Of a stretch of DNA of 64,000 nt, positions 37,716-53,200 are shown in pieces. The position numbers and the translations under genes were made by a program. Numbering within the stretch: the stretch's first letter is position 1; each line of letters starts with the position of its first letter. Source of the DNA: Schmidtea polychroa (taxonomy: Eukaryota). Under the pieces are notes generated by a model. The model saw nothing but the letters and a program-made list of their open reading frames with translations, ran no database searches and was not told the origin of the DNA. The stretch spans positions 54,932,001-54,996,000 of the forward strand of contig CM097885.1 in the NCBI GenBank assembly GCA_044892525.1, written 5' to 3'.

Positions 37716-40700
37716 TAGGGTTATGACTTTTTGACTTTTTAAAAAAAATTAATTTCCTGTGTCATAAATCGATGAACTTTTATTAGAAAACATTGAAAAC
37801 ATGTTCAAGTTCTCTCGGTTGTAAAAAAAGGTCACCCCGCAATTAAATTTACGTTTCGTAATTTATTTAATCTTGTTACTGCTACTACTAATACGTGTGG
37901 CTTTCCTGCAAATCATTTAAAACTTGTATAGATTAGAAGTGTTTAGAACTTTAGAACATTTTGGAAAATAACAGAATATTTTAGAAGACTTTAGAAAATT
38001 CTAGAACAATTTATAGCTCAATATATAGCTCAATATATAGAATCAATATATAGCTGTCATCTAATTTTATAGTTATTACAGAAGCAACAGATGGCGTCGT
38101 ACAAGCCTAGCAATAGTAGCATTCAGAAGAACAAGGATGCCTATTTCAATAATCTGGTAAAATTTGAAGACTCTTGTTATGCTGTTAATTTCCTATATTG
38201 TTCAGAATGTGTTATTTTTAATTATTGGTTATTTATTTATTTGATGATTCGTGCTGTGTAAGGAAAGATGTAGAACCCAGCCGAGTCTCCTTTAAATGAA
38301 ACTGTCTTGGGACAGCTGGGGTGAATGTATGTACTGAAAAGTAAAAAATACTTTATAAAATATGAACAGTAACAATTTTTCAACTTCAAACTTTATTTAT
38401 AAAAACAATAAAAGTAAAACCTTAGTTATTGGTTCTGTGGTATCCAATTATTGTATCTAATGGTTTTAGATTATCCGCGCGGACTTCAGTGGGTAAATAG
38501 TTTGACACGAGATTAGAATTTGTTTCCCAAACTTATTTTCCTAATAGTTTGGGTTGAGATTTCTTTCGGCTCTTTAGTTCGATTGACACTGGTTAGATAC
38601 AAGATTATTATTTACTTTCTAAACTTGTTTTCCGAATAGTTTAGGTGGAGTTTTCTAAGTTGAGTTTTGGCTTGAAATTTGGTTGTTATATATAATTTAT
38701 TTTCTAAACTTGTTTTCCGAATAGTTTAGATTGAGTTTTCTAAGTTGAGTTTTGGGTTTGAAATTTGATATGTTCTATTTTCCAAACTTGTTTTCCGAAT
38801 AGTTTAGGTTGGGTTTTGGCTTGAAATAATAATTAACAATTTTTTTATGGATTTTGTATTTTGTAATCCATTTTCTATAGCGATAATTTACCATAGTAAA
38901 TTATCGCTATATAGTTTATTTTATTTTAAAAAAAAGGATAAAAAACCTTCTCCGCGTGCAACTTGAGATTGTAATTCAAATTCGAACCATACAACTAACA
39001 AACAAAAAAAATAAGGAATTACAATACATTACAACTCTCATAAAAGAAGAAGAATGGTCTTTTTGAAAGAATATTCACTGGAAGAAAAGTGCAGAATGCC
39101 TCTCCAAAAACTAATTATCGGACGCTACCATTTCCTTGGACCAAAAATCAAAGAAAGAAAGGAGCAAATAGCGGAAATTTCCAAAGAAGTCACCAAATTG
39201 TGGAAGAATAAACTGAATTTTCCTCATGTATCTGATCAAGTTATACGAGCAAAACTTGATAAAATACTGAAATGTTATGATGAATGTGTCAAGCGGGGAA
39301 GCTACGAACCCCTTGATGAAACTTTTGATATTACTAAAGTGGATTGAACATGGTTATCTTCCGAGAACAAGCGATTGTACCATCTCCAAGTGGAAAGCAA
39401 AAGAACAGTGGGATACTCTACAGGCCAAGCGACCAGTAAAGAAACGATCCATCCCTCTAAAAGACAAAGACTTTCTAATGAGTCATCCAACTCATCATCT
39501 TACTATCCTGGTTTTAGTGATTCTGACTCTGAGGCTGACGACAGTGAATATGAAAACAATGAAAAAGAAGATGAGACAAATCCTACACCAAGCATAAAAC
39601 ATCATAAAAGTAAAATTGCAGTCAACATGGTAACCTCCTCAAGAGTATCAACAAACAAAACTGCTAACATATGCAAGCAATTGGCTCGTGAAGGCATTGA
39701 CATCCCAACTCCATGTCAATCAGCTATTTACAAGTCAACAATCAAAGAGGCAATCAAGCTGAAGGAAGAAATGATTGAAAAGTTGCATATGGAAAGTTGG
39801 TCCTTACACTTTGATGGCAAGCACATCGACAGAATGGATTATTAAGTGGTCGTTCTTAAAAATGAAAGAAGAGAAATCAAATTGAATGTCCTTGGCTTGG
39901 TAGATGGCAGGGCTTTAACTATTGCTGAAGGAATTTCTAAAGTCCTCGATGAATTTCACCTTTGGAATTCAATAGAGATTATTGTTGCAGATACCACCAG
40001 CGTTAACACTGGGGAAAAGAATGGTGTTGTTGTAATATTGCAACGAATGTTCACAGGGAAACGCATCAACAAACTTCAGTTTATGAGCTGTCAATACCAT
40101 GTATTAGATATAATCCTCAATTTGGTGATGGATGAAGAACTTGGAAGTAAAACACAATCGCCAAACATCGAATATTTATTTATATCTCAACTGTTGAAGG
40201 ACTACGAACAACTGAAAACACAGTTTGTTAACGGAACAGAAGTAATTCTCGAAACATCAGGCTGGAGAGATGATATGAAATTTTTGTTTCATCTCACTCG
40301 AGTGTTCCGATCTTTTGAGGAAAACGGACATTTTCCATTCATCAAGTTTCAGAAAATACCCAACATCAGCCATGTGAGGTGGAACTCCAGAGCTATACTA
40401 GCGATCCTGGCCTTCATTTTAATTCCTTCAGCAAGGACATTTCTGCAGAGAGTATGTTGATTTATATCGTATGGCTGAGCAGACCATTGGTTTACAGACC
40501 AACTGTACAACGAAAACGACTTTAATAACTTGGCTGAAATACTGATTCCATACAAAAAGGCTTTAAGCTCTTTGAAAAATCACTGGAAGCGAGAGCCATC
40601 CATACTACAGATACCCAGAAGTAGTCAATGCACAGAGCGCGCAATCAAAGTAATGGAGGAAATTAATTCATCTTGCAAAAATAAAGACAAATTCTACCTT

Positions 40701-40959
40701 CGATTCCTTCTGTGCAACTAGCAAGAGCAAGGTCAACGGTTTGAGTCATTGTTGTATTGAAAATTTATTGTATTACATGACTATGACATTCTAAGTACAT
40801 TTGAATACATAGTAGTACTTATGTCAAAATCGATTTTTCAATGGCGGGGTGAACGTTTTTGAAAAGATATGCAAATAATAGTTCATTTCGTGCTTTTTAG
40901 GTAAAAATTCATCAAACTACAGTACAGGAGCATAGGGTTGATAAAAAGTCATAACCCTA
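37716..40959 (+). mobile_element. hATm-type hAT transposon (3244 bp) with broken transposase 39054-40721
   Basis: TIR TAGGGTTATGACTTTTT at both ends; 8-bp TSD ATGAACAT/ATCAACAT (1 mismatch); motifs WSLHFDGK, VADTTSVNTG, CQYHVLDIIL, RWNSRAI and ERAIKVM; frameshifts and stops. Confidence 0.88.
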
Positions 40960-41241
40960 ATCAACATAGGCAGGCAGCCGCAATAGATTAAATTAATAAA
41001 TAATTATTCTTGATTTCGCTGGGTTGGGCCCCACAGCACAGCTGTAGCCGCTACACCGTAGTTACGTCACTGATATTAGTTAACTTGAAATTAGAATTTA
41101 ATGAACTCATACTCAAATTACCATATTATTTTATCAGCACTTTTACTGTACCAATTGCGTGCTACTCTCAAGGTCATAATTTTTAGTTATAAATAAATTT
41201 GAAAACTCAATTTATTCATTTTCATATTAAATAATAACTTC

Positions 41242-44200
41242 ATGATTATTGTGAACAGCTTTTTCATTTTGGTGGTTTTTTATTTCAGTTTAATAGGATT
41301 ATCTGAAGTAATTATTGTTATTATACAAAGAATCCATAGTATAATTATTTAAGGGAATTGGTGAACCACCAAACAATGTCAAGGGATTTATTATTCCAGA
41401 GCCTGATGTTACGAAAGTCAACATCATATTCATGAACCATTTAGGTTATGTCGATAATTCTGATAATAAGTGTTAATATTTAAATATAAAATTAAAGATG
41501 TCGGCTACAGTGATCCTTTAGTTGGAGTAATTGGATACTCTGCAAACGTTTTGAATACATATTTTAATGTCCATTATCCAAAAGCGATTGATTTAGCGAA
41601 TCAGTTAAAGTCTCAGGGTTATGTTGAAACATTCCGATATACGACTCACCCTTGGTTGTTGTCGTTTTTTTTGAATTGTCCTAAAAATTTGGTTCTGGCA
41701 AATGTCAAAGTTCAGGTAAGTTCAATTTTCCTTTACCATTTAAAGTTTATTTATTAAATTTATTATAATTATTGATTTTATCACAATGTATTTTTTTGCT
41801 GACTTATAATTGAGAGACTTTTAGTATTTATAACATCCATAATTTGATACACAAAATATTTATCCAAATCAAACCATTAGAATTTGTATGCAATATTCAA
41901 ACAAATCTCCACTGGGATTCAACATAGAGTCATTGTAAGCATAATGAATTTGCATACCGCAACAATCCATAACATCCATAACATGATATTACTGCCATAA
42001 TCATTTTCGACAAAATGATTTCCAAGTTCAATCCAATATCGCAATACGGATAGATTCTCAATAACAAGTCAAAGTCAAATTGTATAAATAACTTTATATT
42101 CAATCGAGTTATTCCTTTTAAATGTGTAACGTTAGAAATTTCTTTAATAATATTAAAATATCGTCCATGTAAATAATTGTAAATTTTCAATTAAATTTTC
42201 AACTAAAGCTGCCGTCATTTCAAATAACATACGGTAGAAATAATATTGTATAATATTAATGGAAAATGTAGTTTTCAATTTTGATGCTTTAAGTTCAACT
42301 TGATAATATGCATTTACCGAATGAATTGTACCATAATGTATTCAATAATTCAATAGTTATTGGAAGCTTTATTTTATAAATATTTTAAAATAATTTTTAA
42401 AATCGGCTTATATGAGGTAATTATAGAAGCTTTAAAAATTTAAAATTTTAGTTGGTTTTTCATTTGGAATTTTAGAGGATATTTAATTTTAATTTTAAAT
42501 AAAATTTTTTAAAAATTCAAAAAATTCTTCAGAAAAAGAAAGTATATTATTATATTATATTTTTAATCAATGAAAAGTAAGAAAAAAGAAATAAAAGAAA
42601 GATCGAGATGTATGTTCGGGAAGAGGAATGCTAAATTCCAAGAGATTTACAAGGACTATATTATATTCGAAAGCTTTTTCATTAAATACATTATTCGCAG
42701 CAAAAGGCTTAAATTATCACTTTATTGTTTTAAATAATAAATGTTGCTACCAAGAAATCATCATTTTATATTGTTATTATTATTGTTATACCAGTGCCCA
42801 AATGCAACCGCGTTAAATACAATGATTCAAGCTATAAAGAGCGGAGTCATTTTATGGCATGACGGACCAATGAATATGAATTTTGAAAATATGAATGCTT
42901 TTGGATTGGAAGTATCTCTGAATATTTCAGCTAATCTAAACAAACAATTCGGTTTAAATAAACCAATTCGAGTGGTTTCCTTGCGTGATGTACCTGGTAA
43001 AAATTAAATTGACCCGACTAATTATATTGTTTGATTGATTTGACAGGTCTTAGTCGAGGGGTAATCAGGACTTTATTGAAAAACAATGTTGTTGGGATCA
43101 CGAGTGGAGTGAATTCTGGCTCAGCTCCACCTAATGTAACGAAGTTATGCAGGTGGCGTGCTGCTCGACGATCATTGAAAGAACAGAACATTCCAGAGAT
43201 TCTTTATATGCAAAATCCATGTAGGACAATTATTATTATCTGATTAATGTATTTTAACGTTTATAAGAACTTTTGTTTACTACAAGCACATAATAACATT
43301 ATTCTTATTTAGGGGGTTACCCTGCTGACGTTGGACCTAATCCAAATAACCCCGGAGGTATGAGAGAACAAGACTGTTTCCGAGCTCCAGGATCAACCGA
43401 AGTCTTGTGTTTTAAATTTCGTAACGATAATACCGGTCCCCCTCAATCTATTCAGGAAGTATTAAACGCTTATGAAGTTGTTAGAGCTCGTTACATTAAT
43501 GTGAGTATTTTGGTTGATTGGACATAATTTAGAGTTCTTTCACATCCAAAAATCGACTAACAGATTTTCATTTTATACTTTTACCCTATTCAACTCAGTA
43601 AAATAAAAAACTAAATTACGACTTCATTTAAACACACTGCATATCTCCCTTATTAAAGAATCATTTAAACTGTACCACCTGCACATTTGTGCCATATAAA
43701 TATCCTATGGACCATGAATCAATAAATGGATTAGAGGGGAGTGATTGGATGACATTGAATGGCTCAATCTATTCATTTTCACATCTCATTTATATGATTG
43801 TTATCTTATGTTTTTTATCCCTTTGAACGATTTGGTTTTAAACTCATATAAAAATATACTATATACATCTGATGGTTTCTTCAATGTTAATAAGGTTGGA
43901 TCATTAAATCATTGTATGAACCAAAAATCAATAATAAATTTGTAAAAGATAAAGTGTTAATCAACAACTGATTTATTTAAATACAAATTACTAACAAAAA
44001 TGCGAGGAAATTTCAACATGATTTCATCTTGTTCGCCAACTATTCTTACTAAATAATTATTATAGATATGTCAACATGTGATGGCAAAATCAATCATATG
44101 TTTGACATCGTATATTACAAGATTAGAGGGGAGTGAGTAGATGATATCGAATGGCACAATCTAGTTATTTTCACTTCTCTCTTATATGATTGTTATCTCA

Positions 44201-47200
44201 TGTTTATACCTCTTTGAAGTATTTAGTTTTAAACTTATATAAAACTGTGATAAATACGCGTGATGGTTTTTTAAATGTTACAATAAGGTTGGAACATTGC
44301 ATTATTGTAATTATAATTTCGTATAGTTAAATAAATTGTTTTTTCAATATTTCTCATAATAATTCTAGCTCAATTAATCACTTTGAATACATAAACAGAA
44401 ATTCTATTGAAAGAAAATGAAAGATGATAAGGGGGGGGGGGGCTTCTATTATATCATTAGGAGAATTGAATATATTCTCGGAATCCAAAAACCTCTGCCG
44501 ATTGAATTATTATTTTATTTTATTGTTTCTGTGCTGATCCTACTTTTATTGCTATGTTATAATATAAGTAGAAATTTTAAAATTTATAATTTAAAAATTT
44601 AATAAAATTTATTTTAGTATTATCATTTTTTTACAACTTTTACAAATCATTCATTATGCTGTTAAATTCTAACTTCGATATTTCAATGATGACACAAATT
44701 TCGATTCAAGATAGAAAACCAATACAATATTTACCTTCAAAAAGAATTTTCCTTTATTTTTTACATTTCTAAATTTTGATTAATTTTGCAAATAATAAAT
44801 AATAATAATAAATAATATAGCTATATAGGTGACATTATTAAAACAAAAACTAATCATATTTCGGCATTCATTTTTAATACATTACTATAATTTATATATA
44901 ATGTTAATTCAAATTAAAAATTCAGTTAATTGAATTGTTCTAGGCTGAATTATATGCTGGCACATTTGAAGAATTTTTTGCCATTGCTTGGGAAAATCGA
45001 AATTTATTGCCAGTAGTGGATAATGAAGTTGGTGACACTTGGATTCAAGGAACAGCTTCAGATCCCAAAAAGTTTGCTCGATTTCGAGCAATGCAAAGAG
45101 AATTTGAATATTATTATCAAATGGGTATAATATTCGATTTTNNNNNNNNNNNNNNNNNNNNNNNNNNNNNNNNNNNNNNNNNNNNNNNNNNNNNNNNNNN
45201 NNNNNNNNNNNNNNNNNNNNNNNNNNNNNNNNNNNNNNNNNNNNNNNNNNNNNNNNNNNNNNNNNNNNNNNNTATATATTTATAATTTTGAAATTTTTAA
45301 TTAAAGGCATTTAATAATATTTTTGAAGGAAGTGACATAGTACAAAAATAAATTATATATTATACATATTTTTTAAAAATCTAGCTGTATCTGTTATAAA
45401 ACCTTGACTGGTTGAAAATATTTTAAACTATCTAAATAAAAATTATTTTTAAATAAAATACAAATCAAATACTAATTTATTTCACTGAAATTATAAACAT
45501 CAAGTCTGATTCATTTTTCGAAATTCGAAGTTCTCGTAATGTAATGAAGAATTCCTAATTTAGTGTTCTTCTATAATTAGAGCAATTATTATTTCACCAG
45601 ATCCTTCGATGCACCCTAAAATGTTCCACTGCATATCTACTATGAGAGCCAAATGACCCTTGAGAGTAGCATGGCGCATTTCTTAGGGATTATCATTTTA
45701 TCATTATCAATATCCGTCAGGTTTAAGATTTTTAAATAAACAGTAACATCAATTTGTTACACTCACTAATGTTGTATAGAAAGGAATGTGTCATATATAA
45801 ATATATACATATGTAGAGCATAGTCGAGTGTCCTTTAAAACAACTGTAGCAGGGTGGCTGGGGTGAATGTCTGTTGAGTGAGTATGAATGAATTGCCTTA
45901 CAATATTTTGTTAATGTTAGTAATCGAACTCTTACTCATTAATGGGAATTTAAATCGATTGTTTATTTAACTGTTTCATGATCGGAATATTGAATAAATC
46001 ATTTATTAATAGCACACGCTCCACTATGGGAACCAAGTCTTATCAAATTCTGGTACGAACTCCTTGCGATATGGGCTGCTTTACGAGCACGCCGTCGGTC
46101 TCACTCCCGTTTTTCTGGTTTGCCATGCTTAATTCATTTTCTGATGATATTTTGTGGAAATCTTTTCCATTTCCACTCCTACTTTTCTTTTCTCTCTATT
46201 ATTTCAAATTTTTTTATTTCTGTTATGTGGATATGTTATGTTTCAGTTTGTTTCGTGTAATACTTCTTGCTTTTGTTTTATTTTACTTTACGTTTGTGCT
46301 TATCATTTTGGTGTTATGTGAATTCTTTTTAATTGTGTTTAATAGATGTTTTGACGTGCTTTGAGTTTGACCTCACCTAATGTTGTGCCTCCATGCTATT
46401 TTCTGACGAATTTCTGTCACGTTATATCTAAATGACCTTAAATAAGTTATTGCCTAACAGATAGACAGAATAAACATTAAATAACTTCCCATTAAAACCG
46501 GAGGTTAATATATTCATTAAATTTATTTTCTATAGGTTTTTCAAAATAACCAGTCGTCAAACAAAGCGTGGTAACATAAAAATATCTATCTATCTATCTG
46601 TTTGGGTTATTGGTTTGGTGGTAATATCTAAAAGTCACTAATCAAATCTCTGACTCCAAAGTGGGTTTTATCTGATCCACAAAATAACAATTCTCAGACA
46701 AGAGAAACCTTTACTGATTACCACAATGGATTACACGAATCAAATCTATACTCAAATAGGTAATTACACAGAGCTTATCGGGAAGCTACGCGAAGAATAG
46801 ATCTACTCGTATAATTCCCAATTACTGAACAACCACTACCCGCTAATCTGACTCAATAGTCTGGTAAATTAAATTGAATTCCCTTTGCTATGACTTAAAT
46901 TTATTCAGTATATTATAAACCTTTTTTTTGCACTCAATTTTAGTACACCGTTTAGTTCCAATATTTTCAATTGACATTGTATTTATTATAAAACTTGACT
47001 ATGAATCAGTAGAGATATCGATGTTTTTTTGATATTCACGAATTCATAGTCAAGTTTTTTAATAAGTACTATATATATGTGTGTATATATCATCTTTTTT
47101 AGTAGTTGAATTTACTTAAATAATTTGGTTATTGATATGATTCGGAAGGAATTGTAAAATTTACCATTATTTGTATGTCCCTACATACCATTTAATCCTC

Positions 47201-50200
47201 GTGATAAATAATTTGGTGATCACTTAATTACTTAATAAAATTTTATATATTAAGATATTTAACAGTTATTGCATTCATTTTCATCACATTTATAAACTTT
47301 GGCTTTCATATGATTCGAAATTTTAATGCATTGAAACGTGTACCGACAGTAATGTTGTACATTTTATATTTATATTAGTAAATAATTAAAGTAATACTAA
47401 ATGTTTAAATAAATTAATTATTAGTAAATATTTATAGTAATTTTTTTGATGAAAGTTTTACTTTTCTACAAGAATTTCTATCGTGATTGAGTTAAATAAA
47501 ATGAATAAATTATTTTAATAAAAACCAAATATACTTTGTATTCGAGGATTGGGCTAGAAATTCAACCATAATCATCTTAGATTTATAAGATTTTATAAAT
47601 AATTTTAAATATATTATATTACTTTGTTTGTATGTACTTATTTATTAAATAAAAATTGATTATTATTGTGAGATAAATCTAAAATTATATTTATCGCTTA
47701 TTTAAATTGGTATAATATATTTATTATATTATCATATTATATTATATTTATTACATTATTATATTATATATTATATAGTATTTGTATGATTGTAGTATAG
47801 CAACATCACTCAGAATATGAAAATGCATTATTAGATTTTTCAAGGTTTATTTGAAATTTTAATTATATAATATATTGTGAAAATCGTGCGGTTAATTTGA
47901 AAAAAAAATAATATTGAATAATCTTAATAATAAGTATTTTATTATTATTGTTACTATTATTATTATCAAATGATGATTTCTTGGTAGCAGCATTTATTAT
48001 TTAAAACAATAAAATGATAATTTAAGCCTTTTGCTGCAAATAATGTATTTAATGAAAAAATTTTCGACTATAAGATAGTCCTTGTCAATCTATCTTATAG
48101 TCGAAAATTTTTCATTAAATACATTATTTGCAGCAAAATGCTTAAATTATCATTTTATTGTTTTATTATTATTATTATTATTATAAATTAGGTAAACCTA
48201 TTACTTCAAATGTTGTTGATGCATCGAGGTTTATGGTAAAACCTGCCGAACATACTTACGGATTAGATAGTTGTGGAGACACCATTAACTGGCGTAATGA
48301 TCAATTCGAAAATATTAGACAGCGTAAAAATGAAAATATAATATATAAATATATAATTATTGGATTGCCCATTCAGAACCGGGAGTACTCAATTCAGAAT
48401 TGTCATGGGTTGAGCAACGTCAATATCAACAATTGGCTTTAGATATTTTAGGTCCCACCCATCCATTAACAATATCTATTTTAAAAGCTTTTAAAAAGTT
48501 AGAAGATTTTGATGGCATCAAATATCGTAAGTTCGGATCTACATAAATCTCCTCAATATAATTATATCTGTTTGTTTTTTTTTCATGACCTCATTGACAT
48601 TTTATAACTATTTTATAGCAGATTTTAGGTTACGTGAATATATTCAGGATTGAGTAAATGACATCATTTAAACAATTTATATCAATTTACATATGCAATA
48701 ATATAACCATGTGACATACTAAAAACATTCTTATTGCAATAGTACTGTTATAATTTATTAATTATCTAATATTTTGCTTATTCAAGTGAGATAACATTCT
48801 CATATCAAGATATTGAATAGTAAGTTAAAGAATCATAATCCTTAAAAGGTTTTATCCTCTTCACCACTGATTGATCATTACTATTTTCAAATTTGTTAAT
48901 CTTTATTTCAAACAATAGATAAATGCTTTTATTTTTATTTTAAAACTTTGCTGCCAAATTATTGATATTCCATATTTATTGTCATTGTCAAAAATTATAT
49001 TTTATTGTCTGTTTTACAATAAAGTTTATTTGTTTCAACATAATTTATTTCAAGTCACACAAGTTTTTGGCAATATTCGAGATTTGCATTAGTTGTAAAT
49101 AAAATAAATGAAATGTTTAAAGAAAACAGATCAAAATTTAACAAAAAATTAATGGATATTTCTATGTGACCCGTTCCGACGCTTTGACCGCTGCAAAACA
49201 ATTTGTTTATTAACTGTACGAAAGGATGATAAATAGATATTATACAATTAATTAAAATATCCTATTGTATAATAATATTGCAAAATCGTAGTTTCAAGAT
49301 CAGAGGTTATTTATGATGTTTGATGGTTGTTTTTGAATGTTGGTATTTATATGTGGTTGCAGGATTTCTATATCAATAATTAATAAACAAACTTTTAATA
49401 GTTTTCTATATTTATTCCCGCGTTATTGATTGTCTATGAGTTTTATTTAGAAAACTTTTATGTTGTAAATTTATTAGTGTAAAAATTTTTTTTTAAATTG
49501 TTCTTTAGAAGGAGATGGACATTCAGCTCGAAACTCAATTCATTCAAGTAATATTTTGTTGTTTTTATAAATCAAACATCGTCAACTTTCAGATTTTCTG
49601 TATTTCAAATTCTATATTAATTGAAACTTAGTGAAACACAAATTTAGATTAAATTTATTTATTCGCATATTGAATTTTCCGGTTGATTTGTTTACTTTTA
49701 TGTACATTTAGCATTATTTCAACATCTGTTAATTAAGAATATCTTTCGCTTTTCTTGTTTTTACTAGCTTCACATTGTCATTCTTACTCCTATTGTGAGT
49801 AATGTTATTTGAATTACATTATTTTTCTTCGACCACCGCCTATTTTCCTGATTTTTCTCCTGTAGCAGTGTAATGATTTCACTTTAGGTAATATTTTCCT
49901 AATATGATAAAATTTAAATGATAAATTCATCATGATTGATAATAAAGTAAATAATGGAATAGCGTAAAATGACTGAATACAGTTCGAAATGGAAAATATT
50001 CAATTTTTTTCTACTAATTAATTAATTAAATCTAACTTCAAGGTTTCAAACATCAAATGAACACTTACTCTTTCAATTGTACAAACAAGACGCATTTGAT
50101 TACGGTTGAATTTAAAGACGGAGCTATAACAAGTTTAGAAATGGTAAGTTTATCAAAATTGCAAATAACTAATTTCGAAAAGTTTATTTCAGTAATAAAT

Positions 50201-53200
50201 AAATTTTCATATTAAATAATTTAATATTCATAAAGCTTTATCATTAGGAAATTATGTTTTTGACAAACTGAAATATTATGTGATCTAAAGGCTTGCTTAG
50301 ATCATTAAAAATGTTTACATTTTAGTAANNNNNNNNNNNNNNNNNNNNNNNNNNNNNNNNNNNNNNNNNNNNNNNNNNNNNNNNNNNNNNNNNNNNNNNN
50401 NNNNNNNNNNNNNNNNNNNNNNNNNNNNNNNNNNNNNNNNNNNNNNNNNNNNNNNNNNNNNNNNNNNNNNNNNNNNNNNNNNNNNNNNNNNNNNNNNNNN
50501 NNNNNNNNNNNNNNNNNCTAAGAATTGTATTAATCGCAACTAAATAAATTTAATAATATTCAAACAAATTAACAACTAATAATCGTAATCAAACTGTGTC
50601 AAAAAGATATTTGGATAAAATTTTGAAAAACATTTTTTTAATCATATAAAACTTATTTTAATTTTTAAAATGTTCAAAAATTGTTAAAAAACCATTCTCA
50701 TACAAAAGATCTTTTTCAAAAATTAATATAAAAAATAAATACAAATTTAAAAATTCAAAATTGTTTTTATAGAAAAATTTATTACAAGCAACATCATCCC
50801 AAATATTAAATATACAAGTTAAATTATTTATTAATTGAATATTAATTATATGATTTAAAGATCTAAATAACAACGCTTCGCACGTTACTCTTCCCAGTAA
50901 TTACTCAAACTCATCTACAATATCTTAAAAACAGCAAAACTTATTTTTTTACTGGTACACTTCCTAAAATGATTACTAATGTGAGTGAATCCATTCCGTC
51001 GGAATTGCTCAACTCATCTCTGCATTCGAGTTCTTATACCGATTTTTATGAACTTTATAAAGTCGGATAGTTGACTTATAATAAGAAAATCTGAAATGGA
51101 TTAATAGAAATCTAACATTAGAAACAGAAAATCAAGTGACGAAATTATAAATGTATATAATATGCGAGAATTGACAAATATCGCTTTTCTTGTATTTTCT
51201 TAGTTAAAATTTACAATTTTTATTTGAGGTTATCATTTAAGAAGTTTTAAAATTCTATCATGTATGTATTGCCTTGATAAAGGCTCTGCCGAAATATCGT
51301 GTGATTTATTTATTAAAGTTTTGAGATTTTTCAGTCAATTATGTTAATTTTTAATAATCTACGAGACTTTTATTGTATTCATTTCAATTTAATTTTTTCC
51401 AGGATAATATTAAAATAACTCCTGAAAATCCTCTTGGAAAATTAATCTATAACACCTACAACGAATCTGATACAGATTTTTTCCTTAAATATTATAAAAC
51501 ATATTGGAATACCGGTTATGGAAAAACGAATTCAACAGATAATGCGCACCCAGAAAGTAAAGAATGGAAAATCGTAATGAAGAGTATTTATCGACAAAGT
51601 GATAGCTCATGCAGCTTTTTGTGCATACTCGAACCTGAAGATTCGAGAGCGACGACATATTATGGTTTTCCTGATTCAGTTTTGGTTTTATGGGATATTA
51701 ATATTTCAAGTAGGAATTAACACTTATTATATATGTATATCCATATACTTTCTCAAATAGCCAATGAGATTTCTACAGAGGTATTTTGGGATAATAAACC
51801 CCCAACTCGGCTTATGGAGGCTATTTCATTTAAATTTCAACCGGGAATCATTGGTGATCAATTTCAATGGTATTTGAGTAAAATGGGAGAACCGATATCT
51901 CCTTATTCTGTTCTCAAAAATGGTAGTCAATGGCAGCATAGTATGTAATATATTGCACAGTATTTATATAGTTGTTTCGGTGTATAGAATGTTATTAATT
52001 TAATTAAATTTGTGGAAATCTATTGTCACGTGAAATGAAAAGTAAAAATTTAAGTGAGGGCAGAAAAATAAAATATAAATGAACTGGGCAGGCAAATCAT
52101 TATTAATGCCGTGCACTTCTGCATAATTAATTTGCAGCAAAACAGATAGTACGAGACCGTATTATAGAACTCCTACTAATCAAGGTAAACGTTTTCTCAG
52201 CTCATGAATTCTGCAGAATGAGTTTCAATAATATATTTTCTGAACTACGCCGAGCAGTCTTACCTCTTTTACCATAAAATCTAAAGAATATTCAAAAATC
52301 TTTATATTAAATAAAATAAAAAATAAATCATTTAATTACTTAGATATTAACATTAAAAATTAGCGTAATATTAAAATTAACACAATGCGCAATCGACAGG
52401 ATTTCATTTAATGTCCGATTAGCCGATTAGTCCGATTGCGATTTGGTATATATATATATATATATTTCTCGAAAAATGTTGTTGATACACATTGCATGTT
52501 TTGACACATAAAATAAAATATTTACAATACAATACTCAAATTTTAATATTGAATATTGACCATATACTAAAAGTATTAAATTTTTATTCAACTGTCACTT
52601 TGACAGCAAATGGGTTTGTGTTTTTCATGGATTCGGCGTAATACTTATTTTTATATTAATATAATGAAATAAATACAATGTTGGGGTTTGTACAAAAACT
52701 AAAAAATTTATATATAAAAAGAAGGCATAATAAATATTATAAAAATCAATAAAAGTGCAAAATTAATTATAAATAAATGTCAAAAATTAATATTGAACGG
52801 GAGTATCGAGTATGGTTGAACGCCAAATTGATTGAATACTTTAGAAATTATAATGAAAATTTAATAAGGTGTTCTCAGGGAAAGTTACTGCGAAAAAAAC
52901 AAATTAATTAATCTGTACTGGAAGGCCCGAGCTAGTGGGAAGCACGAACCTATAGGAAACCGGAGCGCTGAAGGAAACCTGGTTCGCATTGAGACCCGAT
53001 TGATCAGAGAAGAGAGGGAATATTTCTCGCGCCAATTAAAATAATTTGGAAACCCTCAAATGTTTTTCTAGGATTCCCGGGAAATAATTAATTGCAATTT
53101 TGGAGATAATTGCCCCTCTGAGAAACAGTATAAAAAGACAGCTTAGAAAAAGACAAGCAGCCATTTGGTCGAAGAATAAAAAGAGAAGCTCAGAGAATCT

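Noticed and set aside
45750-46400. Possible third LTR family (about 50 bp shared with 38282-38330; includes the 128-aa hydrophobic ORF 45978-46364)
   Set aside because: Termini and TSD could not be fixed; the ORF is a T-rich low-complexity artefact.
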